Shown: positions 24,231-35,377 of the stretch, one piece after another
Layout: each line of letters begins with the position of its first letter
Position numbering within the stretch: position 1 is the stretch's first letter
Assembly: GCA_022825085.1 (NCBI GenBank)
Contig: JAJDYQ010000107.1
Coordinates: 5,409-69,408 of the forward strand
DNA length: 64,000 bases
Direction of reading: 5' to 3'
Origin: Gammaproteobacteria bacterium
GTDB lineage: Bacteria > Pseudomonadota > Gammaproteobacteria > JAJDYQ01
Notes under the pieces: model-generated
Seen by the model: only the letters and a program-made list of their open reading frames with translations
The model's database searches: none
Told to the model about the DNA's origin: nothing
Translations under genes and position numbers: made by a program

Positions 24231-25040
24231 ATGCCGGAAGGATTTGATATCCCTACTTGTCTGGTATTTTCCGGCCACGACCCAAGTGGCGGAGCAGGCG
24301 TTCAGGCTGATATTGAGGTATTGGCCAGCATGGGCTGTCATGCCGCAACGGTATTGACCTGCCTGACGGTGCAGGACTCCCACGATGTTTATGCCGTGCA
24401 ACCAATGCCAGCGTCTTTTTTGGCCGAGCAGGCCAGAACAGTACTGGCCGACATGCCGGTACAAGCGGTCAAGATCGGTCTGGTCGCTGATGCAGAGTCG
24501 GCCAAAGCAATCCACGCTGTGCTGACAGAGTATCCGGGTATGCCAGTGGTGCTGGACCCGATTGTCCGCGCCGGCGGCGGCGAACTGTTGCAGGCCACTC
24601 CTGCCCGTGATGCGATCCGCCGTTTGTTATTTCCCTTGGCCTCAGTACTGACTCCCAACTTCCCAGAAGCACATGCTTTTACAGGGTCAGACGAACCACC
24701 GGATATATGCGCCGCTGCTTTGCTGGAGCATGGCTGTGAGTTTGTTTTACTGAGCGGCGGGCATGGTTCGGGTGAGTTCGTGATCAATACCCTGTTTTGC
24801 CGAAACCGCGTCCCGGAACAATTCCAATGGCCGCGGCTACCACATGAATACCATGGCTCCGGCTGTACGCTGTCTGCTGCTATCGCCGGTTTACTGGCAC
24901 ATGGGCATGATGTTGATTCTGCCGTCAGAAGGGCGCAGGACTATACATGGAAAGCCTTAAGACAGGCCTATCCAACGGGAAGAGGACAACTGCAACCGCA
25001 ACACTTTTTCTGGACTGACACTGCGGGCTGGTCGAAATGA
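24231..25040 (+). CDS. thiD: Hydroxymethylpyrimidine/phosphomethylpyrimidine kinase
   Basis: 269 aa; LVFSGHDPSGGAGVQADIEVL and ribokinase-like fold motifs. Confidence 0.9.
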   Translation: MPEGFDIPTCLVFSGHDPSGGAGVQADIEVLASMGCHAATVLTCLTVQDSHDVYAVQPMPASFLAEQARTVLADMPVQAVKIGLVADAESAKAIHAVLTEYPGMPVVLDPIVRAGGGELLQATPARDAIRRLLFPLASVLTPNFPEAHAFTGSDEPPDICAAALLEHGCEFVLLSGGHGSGEFVINTLFCRNRVPEQFQWPRLPHEYHGSGCTLSAAIAGLLAHGHDVDSAVRRAQDYTWKALRQAYPTGRGQLQPQHFFWTDTAGWSK

Positions 25041-25651
25041 AGGGCCTGTATGTCATTACAGATCATGCCTTATTATCAGCGCAGACATTACTCGATGGAG
25101 TTGATGCCGCAATTATGGGGGGTGCCTCGGTGGTGCAATATCGGGATAAAGTTTCGACACCGGAGGTATGTGAAAAAAATGCCATGGCGCTAAAGGCGTT
25201 ATGCCATGAGCGCGGTGCCCTGTTTATTATCAATGACGACGTATTGCTGGCACAGCGCGTCAATGCCGATGGGGTGCATCTTGGAAGTGAGGATGCCTCT
25301 TTGAGGGATGCCTGTGAACGTCTGGGAGCTGCCAAAATTGTCGGGGTATCGTGCCATGCCAGTGTCAGTCGCGCACGGCAGGCAGAGCAAGAAGGTGCCG
25401 GCTATGTGGCATTCGGACGATTTTTCCCGTCGAAAACCAAGCCGGAGGCACCTCTCGCCAGACTTGAAGTCCTGAAAAAAGCCCGCAGGAAATTGAAAAT
25501 TCCGATAGTTGCTATCGGCGGTATTAACGCCGGAAACGGTGCTCCACTGATAAAGGCCGGCGCAGATATGCTGGCAGTGGTGGATGGAGTTTTCGGCCAA
25601 CAGGACATCATCGAAGCGGCCGGACGCTTAACCACCCTGTTTCGAGCATGA
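25037..25651 (+). CDS. thiE: Thiamine-phosphate synthase
   Basis: 204 aa; ATGA overlap with thiD. TMP-TENI motifs (VQYRDK, IVAIGGI). Confidence 0.9.
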   Translation: MKGLYVITDHALLSAQTLLDGVDAAIMGGASVVQYRDKVSTPEVCEKNAMALKALCHERGALFIINDDVLLAQRVNADGVHLGSEDASLRDACERLGAAKIVGVSCHASVSRARQAEQEGAGYVAFGRFFPSKTKPEAPLARLEVLKKARRKLKIPIVAIGGINAGNGAPLIKAGADMLAVVDGVFGQQDIIEAAGRLTTLFRA

Positions 25652-25879
25652 ACCACGACCATGAATACATTTCTGAGCGGCATGATAACAACCGGCCGAG
25701 AGATAACCTGCCCTGGCGACATGAGAGTCTGCTGCCGCCATACCGTATTTGCCTGATGATGGCGGAAGAGCTATGCTAGGGGGGTGACTTTTGTCAAACT
25801 CTTCTGATAGGTATTATTTTCCAGAAAAATCCGACCGGATTCGGAATCACCCTGACTCAATTAATATGGCAAATTCACC

Positions 25880-27160
25880 ATGAATCGTTCGGAATCATTG
25901 TTTCAGAAAGCGCAGGCCGTTATCCCCGGAGGCGTTAATTCACCGGTACGAGCGTTTACCGGGGTTGGCGGCACACCTGTCTTTTTCAAAAGCGCCAGAG
26001 GAGCGTATGTTTATGATGAAGATGACCGGCAATATATTGATTATGTAGCCTCCTGGGGGCCGATGATCCTTGGCCATGCCCACACAGAAGTGATCAGTGC
26101 AGTGCGGCAGAAGGCCGGAGAGGGCTTAAGCTTCGGGGCTCCCACAACAGTCGAAACCGAGCTTGCCGAAAGAGTCGTTGATCTGATTCCATCCATGGAT
26201 ATGGTACGGTTTGTCAGTTCGGGAACGGAAGCGACCATGAGCGCGATCCGTCTGGCACGGGGCTATACCGGTCGTGACAAGATTATAAAATTTGAGGGCT
26301 GTTATCACGGTCACTCGGACTCGCTGCTCGTCAAAGCCGGCTCTGGAGCACTGACTCTCGGTGTGCCGACATCACCGGGCGTGCCGGCATCACTGGCCGG
26401 ACTTACTTTGACACTGACCTTTAACGATACGGAGCAGTTAGCCGAAGCGTTCGAGCAGTATGGCGAGCAACTGGCCTGCGTCATTATCGAACCGGTGGCA
26501 GGCAATATGAGTTGTATTCCACCGCTACCCGGCTTTCTGGAAGAGCTGCGCCGATTGTGCGATCAATACGGCACCGTATTGATCTTTGATGAAGTTATGA
26601 CAGGCTTTCGCATCTCTGCCGGTGGCGCCCAAAGCCATTATGGCATTACTCCGGATATGACCACACTTGGCAAGATCATCGGTGGTGGTTTGCCGGTCGG
26701 TGCCTTCGGTGGCAGGCATGAAATCATGCGGCATATTGCCCCACTGGGACCGGTTTATCAGGCTGGAACACTGTCAGGTTGCCCGATAGCGATGGCCGCA
26801 GGTCTGAAAACTCTGGAACTGATCAATCAGGAAGGCTTTTATCAATCTCTGGAATACAAGACAGAGAAGCTGGCTCGTGGCATTATAGAGGCCGCCCGGC
26901 AGGCTGATATACCCATGACGGAAAACCATGTCGGCGGCATGTTTGGTCTGTTTTTCACCAGTGCAGAATCAGTAACTGATTTTGCCGGAGTCACGGACTG
27001 TGATCAGGAAAGATTTAAGAAGTTTTTTCACGGCATGCTGGAAGCCGGGGTATATCTGGCACCTTCCGCATTCGAGGCCGGTTTTATGTCAGCGGTGCAT
27101 ACACACGAAGACATTCAAACGACCATTGATGTGGCGGCGGAAGTATTAAAAAAACTGTGA
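25880..27160 (+). CDS. hemL: Glutamate-1-semialdehyde 2,1-aminomutase
   Basis: 426 aa; [21 protein letters not shown]-terminus and class III aminotransferase PLP site. Confidence 0.95.
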   Translation: MNRSESLFQKAQAVIPGGVNSPVRAFTGVGGTPVFFKSARGAYVYDEDDRQYIDYVASWGPMILGHAHTEVISAVRQKAGEGLSFGAPTTVETELAERVVDLIPSMDMVRFVSSGTEATMSAIRLARGYTGRDKIIKFEGCYHGHSDSLLVKAGSGALTLGVPTSPGVPASLAGLTLTLTFNDTEQLAEAFEQYGEQLACVIIEPVAGNMSCIPPLPGFLEELRRLCDQYGTVLIFDEVMTGFRISAGGAQSHYGITPDMTTLGKIIGGGLPVGAFGGRHEIMRHIAPLGPVYQAGTLSGCPIAMAAGLKTLELINQEGFYQSLEYKTEKLARGIIEAARQADIPMTENHVGGMFGLFFTSAESVTDFAGVTDCDQERFKKFFHGMLEAGVYLAPSAFEAGFMSAVHTHEDIQTTIDVAAEVLKKL

Positions 27161-27354
27161 CCATCAGCGATTTTCCGACATTTAATGATCCGGGGCTGTC
27201 CTCACCCTGATAAGCGATTACGTCTTGTTTTTATCATTCTGGCAATAAATCCTGTGTTCTGGAAAACTCCGAGTGAAACAGAATGTCCTTTACTGGCTCA
27301 ATCAATGATGAAACGGGTTTTACATGATGTGCCCTGCCAACAGGAACAGAAAGA

Positions 27355-27951
27355 ATGGATATACAACTGATGCTATCCGTTGCAATATTTGCAACAGCAA
27401 CTTCCGGCACCCCGGGACCTAACAATGTAATGCTGGCGGCATCCGGTGCCAACTTCGGTTATCGGCGCACGCTGCCACACATGTTCGGTATCGTGCTCGG
27501 CATGTTGGTCATGAACCTGCTGGTAGCCGGCGGCCTGGGGGTAATCTTCAAACAATATCCGGCTGTGCAGCAGATACTGAAACTGGCTGCCAGTGCTTAT
27601 CTGCTTTATCTGGCGTGGAGGATCGCGAACGCCAGACCGGCAAATGTTGAGGGTGAGAGCGACGCACGACCGATGAATCTCATGGAGAGTGCCCTGTTCC
27701 AGTTCGTAAACCCGAAGGCATGGATGGCAGTGATTACTGCGATGGGTTCGTTTACCCTGACTGGCGACAATTACTGGGTATCCGTGCTGTGGATCGCAGC
27801 GATCTTTATGCTGACGGGATTTCCCTGCATCTCATTCTGGGCCGCGTTCGGCACGGTAGTTGGGCGACTGCTTTCATCACCGGCCGCATGGCGCGGATTT
27901 AATCTGGTAATGGGGCTATTGACCGCAGGCTGCCTGTTATTTATCTGGTGA
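27355..27951 (+). CDS. LysE/RhtB-family amino-acid exporter
   Basis: 198 aa, 6 TM; TSGTPGPNNVMLAASGANFGYRRTLP is the LysE signature. Confidence 0.85.
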   Translation: MDIQLMLSVAIFATATSGTPGPNNVMLAASGANFGYRRTLPHMFGIVLGMLVMNLLVAGGLGVIFKQYPAVQQILKLAASAYLLYLAWRIANARPANVEGESDARPMNLMESALFQFVNPKAWMAVITAMGSFTLTGDNYWVSVLWIAAIFMLTGFPCISFWAAFGTVVGRLLSSPAAWRGFNLVMGLLTAGCLLFIW

Positions 27952-28143
27952 ACATCCGGGAACACTGACATTCTTATTGCTTCGATGCGAAAACAGATCC
28001 GGACCATTACCGTAAACAGGTTCTGAGCTTTTCTCAATGCGGGCGGTGTGATCGCTCCCCCGATACAGTGGCTGGTTCGCGACAATGAAAGCCGCTATGC
28101 TGCATGCCCCTGGCATGGCAGTGCCATTTCCCCTTTTTTATCC

Positions 28144-29931
28144 ATGGTTCGAACTCACGCCTATACCGAACGTCCTCACAGAGACCGTGATGACTGGAAC
28201 AACCTGAAAAAACTCTCACCGTTTTTATGGGATTACCGTGGTCGGGTATTGCTGGCACTGCTCTGCCTGGTATTCGCCAAACTGGCGAATGTCGGTGTTC
28301 CGCTTGTATTAAAGGAAATAGTGGATGCGCTTGACCGACCTGAAACACAGGCACTGGCATTGCCTGTTATGCTGCTGCTGGTCTATGGGGTACTGAAGCT
28401 ATTCGCCTCACTATTCAATGAGCTGCGTGATGCGTTGTTTGCGCGGGTACGTTATCGCGCCATGCGCCATGTGGGCAACCGTGTTTTACAGCATCTGTAC
28501 AACCTGTCCCTGCGCTATCATTTAGAGCGCAAAACCGGTGCGCTAACGCGCGATCTGGAGCGCGGCGCACAAAGCGTTAGCTCTATTCTGAACTACCTGA
28601 CATTTAACATTATACCGGTATCAGTCGAATTCATACTGGTGATCGGCATTTTATTTATCGGCTACGACTGGCAATTTGTCGTCATTACCTTTTTGACTGT
28701 GGTCGTTTATATCATTTTCACACTCATGGTGACTGAATGGCGCATGTCCTATCGACTGAAGATGAACGAAATGGACTCACAGGCATCCATGCAGGCAGTT
28801 GATGGCCTGATCAACTATGAAACAGTCAAATATTTCGGCAATGAGCGGTTCGAGCTTGACCGCTATGACAGGACACTCGGCATCTGGGAAGATGCCGCGG
28901 TTAAAAGCCAAACATCCATGTCGGCGCTGAACTTTGGGCAGGGTTCCATTATTGCCATTGGTGTTACCCTTATCATGGTTTTTGCAGCAAATGGCGTAGT
29001 TCAGGGTCGTATGAGCCTGGGAGATCTGGTACTGGTTAACACCTTTTTAATCCAGATCTTTCTACCGCTGGGCTTTCTCGGTATTGTTTATCGGCAGGTT
29101 AAATACTCACTGGCGGACATGGACCGCATGTTAAATCTGCTGGAAACCGGCCCGGAAATTGTTGACGCTGATAACGCAAAGGACCTGCTTTTGAAAGAGG
29201 GAACGGTCAGATTTGAAAATGTCAGCTTTTTCTATCAAGAAGAGCGCCAGATTCTGAAGAATATCAACCTGCACATTCCAGCAGGCCAAAAAATCGCCGT
29301 AGTCGGTGCCAGCGGAGCCGGGAAATCAACGCTATCCCGGCTGTTATTTCGTTTTTATGAAACCAGTGAAGGACAAATTACCATTGATAACCAAAACATA
29401 GCTGCCGTAACCCAACGCAGTTTAAGAGAAGCGATTGGTATCGTGCCTCAGGATACAGTATTATTTAATGACTCCATCCGATTCAATATCTCCTACGCAC
29501 GATCAGATGCCACCGAAGCCGGGATAATCAAAGCGGCTCGCAAAGCACACATTCATCATTTTATTGAAAGCCTGCCGGATGGATATGATACGATTGTTGG
29601 CGAACGCGGCCTGAAACTTTCCGGTGGTGAGAAACAACGTATTGCGATAGCGCGTGCCATCCTGAAAAATCCACGCATCCTGGTATTTGATGAAGCCACA
29701 TCATCACTGGACTCACACTCCGAACGCGAGATTCAAAAGGCACTTCAGGAAGTCGCCGAGGAGCATACCACTCTGGTTATCGCGCACCGACTATCCACTA
29801 TTATTGATGCCGATGAAATCCTGGTCATCGAACATGGCGAGATTGCCGAGCGTGGTTCACATCAGCACCTGTATGAACGCAAGGGCATTTACCGCACTAT
29901 GTGGGACTTACAGCTGCAGGAGGAATATTGA
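28144..29931 (+). CDS. ABC transporter permease/ATPase fusion, ATM1/HMT1-type exporter
   Basis: TM domain plus NBD (GASGAGKST Walker A, LSGGEKQRIAIARA signature). ORF is open from 28048 but the conserved region starts at MVRTHAY (28144). Confidence 0.85.
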   Translation: MVRTHAYTERPHRDRDDWNNLKKLSPFLWDYRGRVLLALLCLVFAKLANVGVPLVLKEIVDALDRPETQALALPVMLLLVYGVLKLFASLFNELRDALFARVRYRAMRHVGNRVLQHLYNLSLRYHLERKTGALTRDLERGAQSVSSILNYLTFNIIPVSVEFILVIGILFIGYDWQFVVITFLTVVVYIIFTLMVTEWRMSYRLKMNEMDSQASMQAVDGLINYETVKYFGNERFELDRYDRTLGIWEDAAVKSQTSMSALNFGQGSIIAIGVTLIMVFAANGVVQGRMSLGDLVLVNTFLIQIFLPLGFLGIVYRQVKYSLADMDRMLNLLETGPEIVDADNAKDLLLKEGTVRFENVSFFYQEERQILKNINLHIPAGQKIAVVGASGAGKSTLSRLLFRFYETSEGQITIDNQNIAAVTQRSLREAIGIVPQDTVLFNDSIRFNISYARSDATEAGIIKAARKAHIHHFIESLPDGYDTIVGERGLKLSGGEKQRIAIARAILKNPRILVFDEATSSLDSHSEREIQKALQEVAEEHTTLVIAHRLSTIIDADEILVIEHGEIAERGSHQHLYERKGIYRTMWDLQLQEEY

Positions 29932-30006
29932 AACGACCCTTTGACCACCATCGTTATTCCACATGATCGAGCATCACGGCCTGTTTTTATGTAAAATCCC
30001 GTCATT

Positions 30007-30384
30007 ATGAACAGAGCAGGTAGAATTATCCCCTTACAGCCCGCTGTCAACGAGTCCGGGGCTGGCTTTGCCGATACCGGCGGCGTATGTGCCGAAGCCG
30101 AACCCTTTGCCCTGATGGTCAGAGGCAACAGCATGGAACCGGAGTTTTGTGACGGGCATATCATCATGATCGACCCCGGCATGTCACCGTCTGACGGCAG
30201 TTACATTATAGCCGAAAGTGAAGATGGACATATTTTTCGCCAGCTAAGGATTATTGACGGCAGAAAATATCTGGTACCCTTGAACGAACTGTATCCAACG
30301 CAGGAGCTTGGACGGGACAGCACGATCAGCGGGGTCATAACACAACGTTGCGGACGCCGGCGCCAGGAGCGCAAATACTACTGA
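30007..30384 (+). CDS. Stand-alone S24-family (LexA/UmuD-like) peptidase-domain protein
   Basis: 125 aa; GNSMEPEF Ser motif, Ala-Gly upstream, DGRKYLVPLNE C-terminal strand. No HTH domain. Confidence 0.7.
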   Translation: MNRAGRIIPLQPAVNESGAGFADTGGVCAEAEPFALMVRGNSMEPEFCDGHIIMIDPGMSPSDGSYIIAESEDGHIFRQLRIIDGRKYLVPLNELYPTQELGRDSTISGVITQRCGRRRQERKYY

Positions 30385-30476
30385 TTTTGGCGACATCCCC
30401 TATATCACCGAAAGTTCTGAATTAAGGGGGCTTCCCCTCACTAACCAAGAGGCTCCTTGCCAAGGGGCCGGTCGGA

Positions 30477-32030
30477 TTGAATATCATGTCATGGAATGAC
30501 TACTCCTGGATTCGCGACCCTGCTCTGGCAGGCTGGGCTCTTCGTTTACTGGCGGTGCTTTTTGCACTGTTTGTAATCGCAGCCGCAACGATATGGGGGC
30601 TTTACCGATTTCCAGACAAGATCGGTTTTATTTTACTCGTCCAGATATTGCTGCTCATTCTATGTACCACCATACTGCTGATGCTCGTCAAACGCTTTTA
30701 TCGTGAGTTGATCCAGCCCATCAGTAGCGTCCGCAGCTGGACATCACGTATGCACAAGGGCGACTATTCGGCAGAAATCACACTACCCAGCAAGGGGCAG
30801 TTCGCCGGTCTGCTGCACGATATATCGCAGATGGGGCGCTGGTATAAAAATATCAGCGTGGCAAGTGACGAAGAAATCAGCGAACAGATGCGGCAAATGG
30901 CAAGAAAAACGCGCCTGCTGGAAATTCTCTATGACATTGCAGCCAACATCAGCGTGGCACGCGATCTGAATGAATTGCTGGAACGCTTTCTACGCATTTC
31001 GGCAGAAATGACCCATGCACGGGCAGCTCTGGTTCGCCTGACAACAGCGGACGGCGACATGAAACTGATCGCTGCCGTCGGTGAGACATCCAATCAGTAC
31101 GAAAAGAGCATACCGATGGTCGATGTTATACCCGGCCAAGGCTCAAAAATTAAAAATGTTTACGTTATCTCGCCGGGAGCATCGAGAGACTTTCGCCGAT
31201 TCAGCGAATATGCCATCGATTTTGAGTGCGTGATCGTATCCCTGATCCATCAAGACGATGTCATGGGAGCCTATCAGCTACTGGTAGATCAATCTGTTTC
31301 CAATATAAGCTACGACCTGCATGAGCTGTTGACCAGCATTGGCTTTCACTTGGGTCTGGCGATCCACAAGGCACAGCTCGATGAAGAGGCACAAAAGCAA
31401 TCGATCTTTCGAGAACGACTCACTCTGGCACATGAACTGCATGACTCACTGGCCCAGAGCATAGCCAGCCTGCGCTTTCAGTGCAAAGCACTGGAGGCGA
31501 GTGTGGATGAGTCCAATCTGGACTCGGCAGCGCGAGAGGTCGCTCGATTAAGAGAAGGCGTTGACCGCGCCAACGGCGAACTGCGCGAACTGCTGGTGCA
31601 TTTTCGCGCACCGATTGACCATAGAGGACTGGTGCCAGTATTGAACGACATGCTGAAAAAATTTCAAGAAGAAAACCAGATACTGGTTTTCAGCCAGTTT
31701 CACAATGGCGAGATGAATCCGCCGGTACACATCCAGCGTCAGGTCATCCGAATTGTCCAAGAAGCCTTGGCCAATGTTAAAAAACATGCCAACGCGCGCA
31801 TTATTCGGGTACTGCTGCGTTTGTCAGATAAAGGCACATGCCGGCTACTGCTGGAAGATGACGGATGTGGCTTTACAGGAGAAATCGACCAAGGCACCTC
31901 CGGCGGCAGGCATATCGGGCTGCAAGTGATGCGGGAACGAGCGGCCTATATTGGTGCCGACCTGAACATCGAATCCGAATCTGGAGAAGGATCACGTGTT
32001 GAACTGAGCTTTCGTTGGGACGTGAAGTAG
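30477..32030 (+). CDS. Sensor histidine kinase, TM-(HAMP)-GAF-HisKA_3-HATPase architecture
   Basis: 517 aa; two N-terminal TM segments with a short loop, a GAF-like middle region, HELHDSLAQSIASLRF (HisKA_3 H-box) and a C-terminal HATPase. Confidence 0.85.
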   Translation: MNIMSWNDYSWIRDPALAGWALRLLAVLFALFVIAAATIWGLYRFPDKIGFILLVQILLLILCTTILLMLVKRFYRELIQPISSVRSWTSRMHKGDYSAEITLPSKGQFAGLLHDISQMGRWYKNISVASDEEISEQMRQMARKTRLLEILYDIAANISVARDLNELLERFLRISAEMTHARAALVRLTTADGDMKLIAAVGETSNQYEKSIPMVDVIPGQGSKIKNVYVISPGASRDFRRFSEYAIDFECVIVSLIHQDDVMGAYQLLVDQSVSNISYDLHELLTSIGFHLGLAIHKAQLDEEAQKQSIFRERLTLAHELHDSLAQSIASLRFQCKALEASVDESNLDSAAREVARLREGVDRANGELRELLVHFRAPIDHRGLVPVLNDMLKKFQEENQILVFSQFHNGEMNPPVHIQRQVIRIVQEALANVKKHANARIIRVLLRLSDKGTCRLLLEDDGCGFTGEIDQGTSGGRHIGLQVMRERAAYIGADLNIESESGEGSRVELSFRWDVK

Positions 32031-32115
32031 GCATTCTGGTATCGGTGAACAGGCAAATGAGATAAACTCTGATGCGGGCATAGTTACAGGCTGGATACCA
32101 GCCAGGAGATAAGGT

Positions 32116-32559
32116 TTGACCAGCATTTCTGATGATGCCGCACCTTTGGCCATATTATCCAATCCCGATATCAGTATCCTTTACATCGAGGATAATTCCG
32201 CCAATCTGATTCTTGTTCAAAAGGTCATTGAAAAAAAAACTGCCTTCCGCTTTTTGTCCGCAGCGGACCCTGTGTCTGGATTAGAACTGGCCATTTCCAA
32301 GCAGCCCGATCTTATATTGCTGGATATTTTTTTACCGATCATGGATGGCTATGAGGTGATGAAAAGATTCAGAGAAAACGAGCTGACGGCCAACATACCG
32401 GTTATTGCCTTAAGCGCCAATGTGATGCAGGCAGACATTCAACGAAGTATCGAGGCTGGATTTGCTGCTTATGTGCCCAAACCGATCAATATTGCCAGCT
32501 TTCTGGAACAGATTGCACGAGTGCTTGAGCATTCATTAATAGAACGCCGGACATCCTGA
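32116..32559 (+). CDS. Single-domain response regulator (CheY-like receiver), TTG start
   Basis: 147 aa; LYIEDNSANL ... DLILLDIFLPIMDGYEV ... YVPKP receiver motifs. No output domain. Confidence 0.8.
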   Translation: MTSISDDAAPLAILSNPDISILYIEDNSANLILVQKVIEKKTAFRFLSAADPVSGLELAISKQPDLILLDIFLPIMDGYEVMKRFRENELTANIPVIALSANVMQADIQRSIEAGFAAYVPKPINIASFLEQIARVLEHSLIERRTS

Positions 32560-32661
32560 GGGAATGCCTGCTTTTATGATGAGCTTTTACAATCGCGATT
32601 TGTTACGGGCTTTTATCGGTGGCGGTAACACAGCTTCCTGTGTACTGATGAGCTTCCACTG

Positions 32662-33999
32662 ATGCGATCTCAATCTCAGTTTTCTCTGCTAAGAGAAAGA
32701 AGGTTTTTGCCCTTTTTTGTTACTCAGTTCTTCGGCGCATTTAACGATAATGTATTCAAAAATGCCCTCATTATTTTGATTGCGTTCCAGAGTATGGGCC
32801 ACGATGCGACACATTCACGGTATCTGGTCAACATCAGTGCGGCGTTGTTTATTTTACCGTTCTTTTTGTTTTCTTCGACCGCAGGTCAGATTGGCGATGG
32901 TTATGAAAAATCGACCCTGATAAGGAGTATTAAACTTGGGGAAATTTTCGTAATGCTTCTGGCTGTGGTCGGTTTCATGCTCAATTCAGTCGGCCTGCTG
33001 ATGGCGGTGCTTTTTCTGATGGGCACCCAATCGTCTTTATTTGGCCCCGTGAAATATGGCTATCTCCCGCAGCATCTGAACGGTGCCGAGCTGACTGGCG
33101 GCAATGGCCTTGTCGAGATGGGTACATTCATGGCCATTTTATTCGGCATGATGCTCGGCAGCGCCATGATGGCTATGGATGGCGGAAAATACTGGGTGTC
33201 CACCGTGGTGATGATAGTTGCGATCACTGGCTATATCAGCGCAAAAAAAATTCCATATACTCCAGCAGTGCAGCCGGGGTTGAAAATCAACTGGAATGTA
33301 TTGACTCAGACATGGGCGACAGTCCGCATGATACACAACAATAGAACGGTACTTTTTTCCGTGTTGGGAATATCCTGGTTCTGGTTTATTGGTTCGACCT
33401 ATATGGTGCAACTGCCTAACTATACGCGGGAAGTGCTGAATGGCGATGAGTCTGTCTATATCCTCCTGATAACAGTTTTTTGTATCGGTATCAGCGCGGG
33501 CTCATTATTCTGTGAAAAGCTGTCTGGTCGTCAGGTGGAGCTCGGACTCGTACCAATCGGTGCGGCAGGCATCAGTCTGTTCGGAGTCGATCTATATTTT
33601 TCAGCACCAACCATGATGCAGACCGGCACCGGACCATTTGCGGTTAAGCAGTTTTTGCAGGCAGAGGGCGGCCTGCATTGTCTGGCAGATATAGCTCTTA
33701 TCGGAATATTTGGTGGCCTGTATATTGTACCGCTGTTTGCCGTTGTTCAGGAACGCAGCCCGAAGGATATTTTGTCGCGTGTTATCGCCGCCAATAATAT
33801 ATTGAATGCTTTTTTTATGGTGTTGGCAGCAGTCTTTGGCATTGTGTTGCTGGGCAAGCTGGCCTACACCGAGGATGAAGTGTTTCTTGTTATTGCCGCC
33901 TTGAATGTCATGGTGACGGGCACTATCTTTCTACTGGTCCCTGAATTTGTCCAGCGCCTCAGAGAACGACTTGGCAGCTTTATGCGAGATCTGCCATGA
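32662..33999 (+). CDS. MFS transporter, LplT-like (lysophospholipid transporter family)
   Basis: 445 aa, 12 TM; FFVTQFFGAFNDNVFKNAL is the LplT-type N-terminus. Confidence 0.75.
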   Translation: MRSQSQFSLLRERRFLPFFVTQFFGAFNDNVFKNALIILIAFQSMGHDATHSRYLVNISAALFILPFFLFSSTAGQIGDGYEKSTLIRSIKLGEIFVMLLAVVGFMLNSVGLLMAVLFLMGTQSSLFGPVKYGYLPQHLNGAELTGGNGLVEMGTFMAILFGMMLGSAMMAMDGGKYWVSTVVMIVAITGYISAKKIPYTPAVQPGLKINWNVLTQTWATVRMIHNNRTVLFSVLGISWFWFIGSTYMVQLPNYTREVLNGDESVYILLITVFCIGISAGSLFCEKLSGRQVELGLVPIGAAGISLFGVDLYFSAPTMMQTGTGPFAVKQFLQAEGGLHCLADIALIGIFGGLYIVPLFAVVQERSPKDILSRVIAANNILNAFFMVLAAVFGIVLLGKLAYTEDEVFLVIAALNVMVTGTIFLLVPEFVQRLRERLGSFMRDLP

Positions 34000-34062
34000 A
34001 CTGTCTGCTATCATGGTCCGTCACTGTCCGATACATGGCTTGAGCTATATGGAGATTATGTT

Positions 34063-34815
34063 GTGAAAAAGATAACGAGTGCTGTGTTCATTCTCCATCT
34101 TGGATTGCTGTCTGGCATTTTCGGGGATGCCATGGCCGACTGGCGGAACTTGCTGAAAGAACAGCTCGAAGCATTGCCGGGGAAAAAGGACAGTCAGCCA
34201 TCAACATCGGACCATCAGGATATTGTTGCCGGATTGAAAGAGGCTCTGGACAAAGGGGCGGAGTATGCAGTCGGACATCTTGGCAGAAAAGATGGCTTCT
34301 GGGGAAATACCAATGTCAAAATTTCAATGCCTGAAAACCTTGTAAAAGTGGAGAAAACCCTGCGCAAGCTGGGACAGGATAAATATGTGGACGATTTTTT
34401 ATTGACGATGAATCGTGCTGCGGAATCTGCCGTACCATTCACTCTGGATATTGTTAAAAAATCCGTGAAGGACATGGATGTGGTTGAGGCAAAAAAAATA
34501 CTTGAGGGTCCGGATGATGCAGCAACCCGTTATCTGCGCCGTTCAGGGGGAGACGATATGACAAGAAAAATCAGCCCGATTGTCGAGCAGGCCACTGCCC
34601 GGGCCGGAGTCACAAGTCACTATAAGAAACTATTCAGTCACCTCGGAACCCTGGGGAATTATATGGACCCGGATGATTACGATGTCGATAGGTATGTTAC
34701 CCAAAAAACCGTTGATGGCATCTTCCACCTAATTGCCGAGGAAGAAAAGAAGATACGTCGAGATCCCGTGGCGCGAACGACTGACCTGTTAAAGCAGGTA
34801 TTCGGCCATCGGTAA
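34063..34815 (+). CDS. Secreted DUF4197-family protein
   Basis: 250 aa with a signal peptide (MKKITSAVFILHLGLLSGIFGDAMA) and a charged helical body typical of DUF4197. Confidence 0.6.
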   Translation: MKKITSAVFILHLGLLSGIFGDAMADWRNLLKEQLEALPGKKDSQPSTSDHQDIVAGLKEALDKGAEYAVGHLGRKDGFWGNTNVKISMPENLVKVEKTLRKLGQDKYVDDFLLTMNRAAESAVPFTLDIVKKSVKDMDVVEAKKILEGPDDAATRYLRRSGGDDMTRKISPIVEQATARAGVTSHYKKLFSHLGTLGNYMDPDDYDVDRYVTQKTVDGIFHLIAEEEKKIRRDPVARTTDLLKQVFGHR

Positions 34816-34837
34816 CAGCAATGTTCAGGAGTGAGGC

Positions 34838-35377
34838 TTATCGTTTGTTTGCCTTACGGTAATGTTCGATGCCATTTGTGATTTCTCTCTTCGCTTCTTC
34901 AACGTCACTCCAGCCTATGATCTTTACCCATTTCCCTTTTTCCAAATCCTTATAGTGCTTGAAAAAGTGGGCGATTGAGTCCAGCAGCGGTTGAGGCATA
35001 TCACGCCAAGTGTTGATATCACGGTACATACCCGTCAGTTTGTCAATGGGTACGGCCAGTACCTTGGCGTCCATACCTGATTCATCCTCCATGCCTAGTA
35101 TGCCGATGGGACGACAACGAATGACAGAACCGGGAATTAACGGAATAGGAGTCACAACCAGCACATCCACCGGATCACCATCATCGGACAGGGTATGGGG
35201 CACATAACCGTAATTACAGGGATAGTGCATGGCCGTACCCATAAAGCGGTCAACGAACATGGCCCCGGAGTCCTTGTCGGCTTCATATTTCACGGGATCA
35301 CTGCGCGAAGGTATTTCAATAATGACATTGATGTCATTTGGTACGTCGCTACCCGGCGGGACGCGGTCCGGTATCAT
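34838..35377 (-). CDS. ppa: Inorganic pyrophosphatase
   Basis: 179 aa; near-colinear with E. coli Ppa ([33 protein letters not shown]). Confidence 0.95.
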   Translation of the reverse strand: MIPDRVPPGSDVPNDINVIIEIPSRSDPVKYEADKDSGAMFVDRFMGTAMHYPCNYGYVPHTLSDDGDPVDVLVVTPIPLIPGSVIRCRPIGILGMEDESGMDAKVLAVPIDKLTGMYRDINTWRDMPQPLLDSIAHFFKHYKDLEKGKWVKIIGWSDVEEAKREITNGIEHYRKANKR

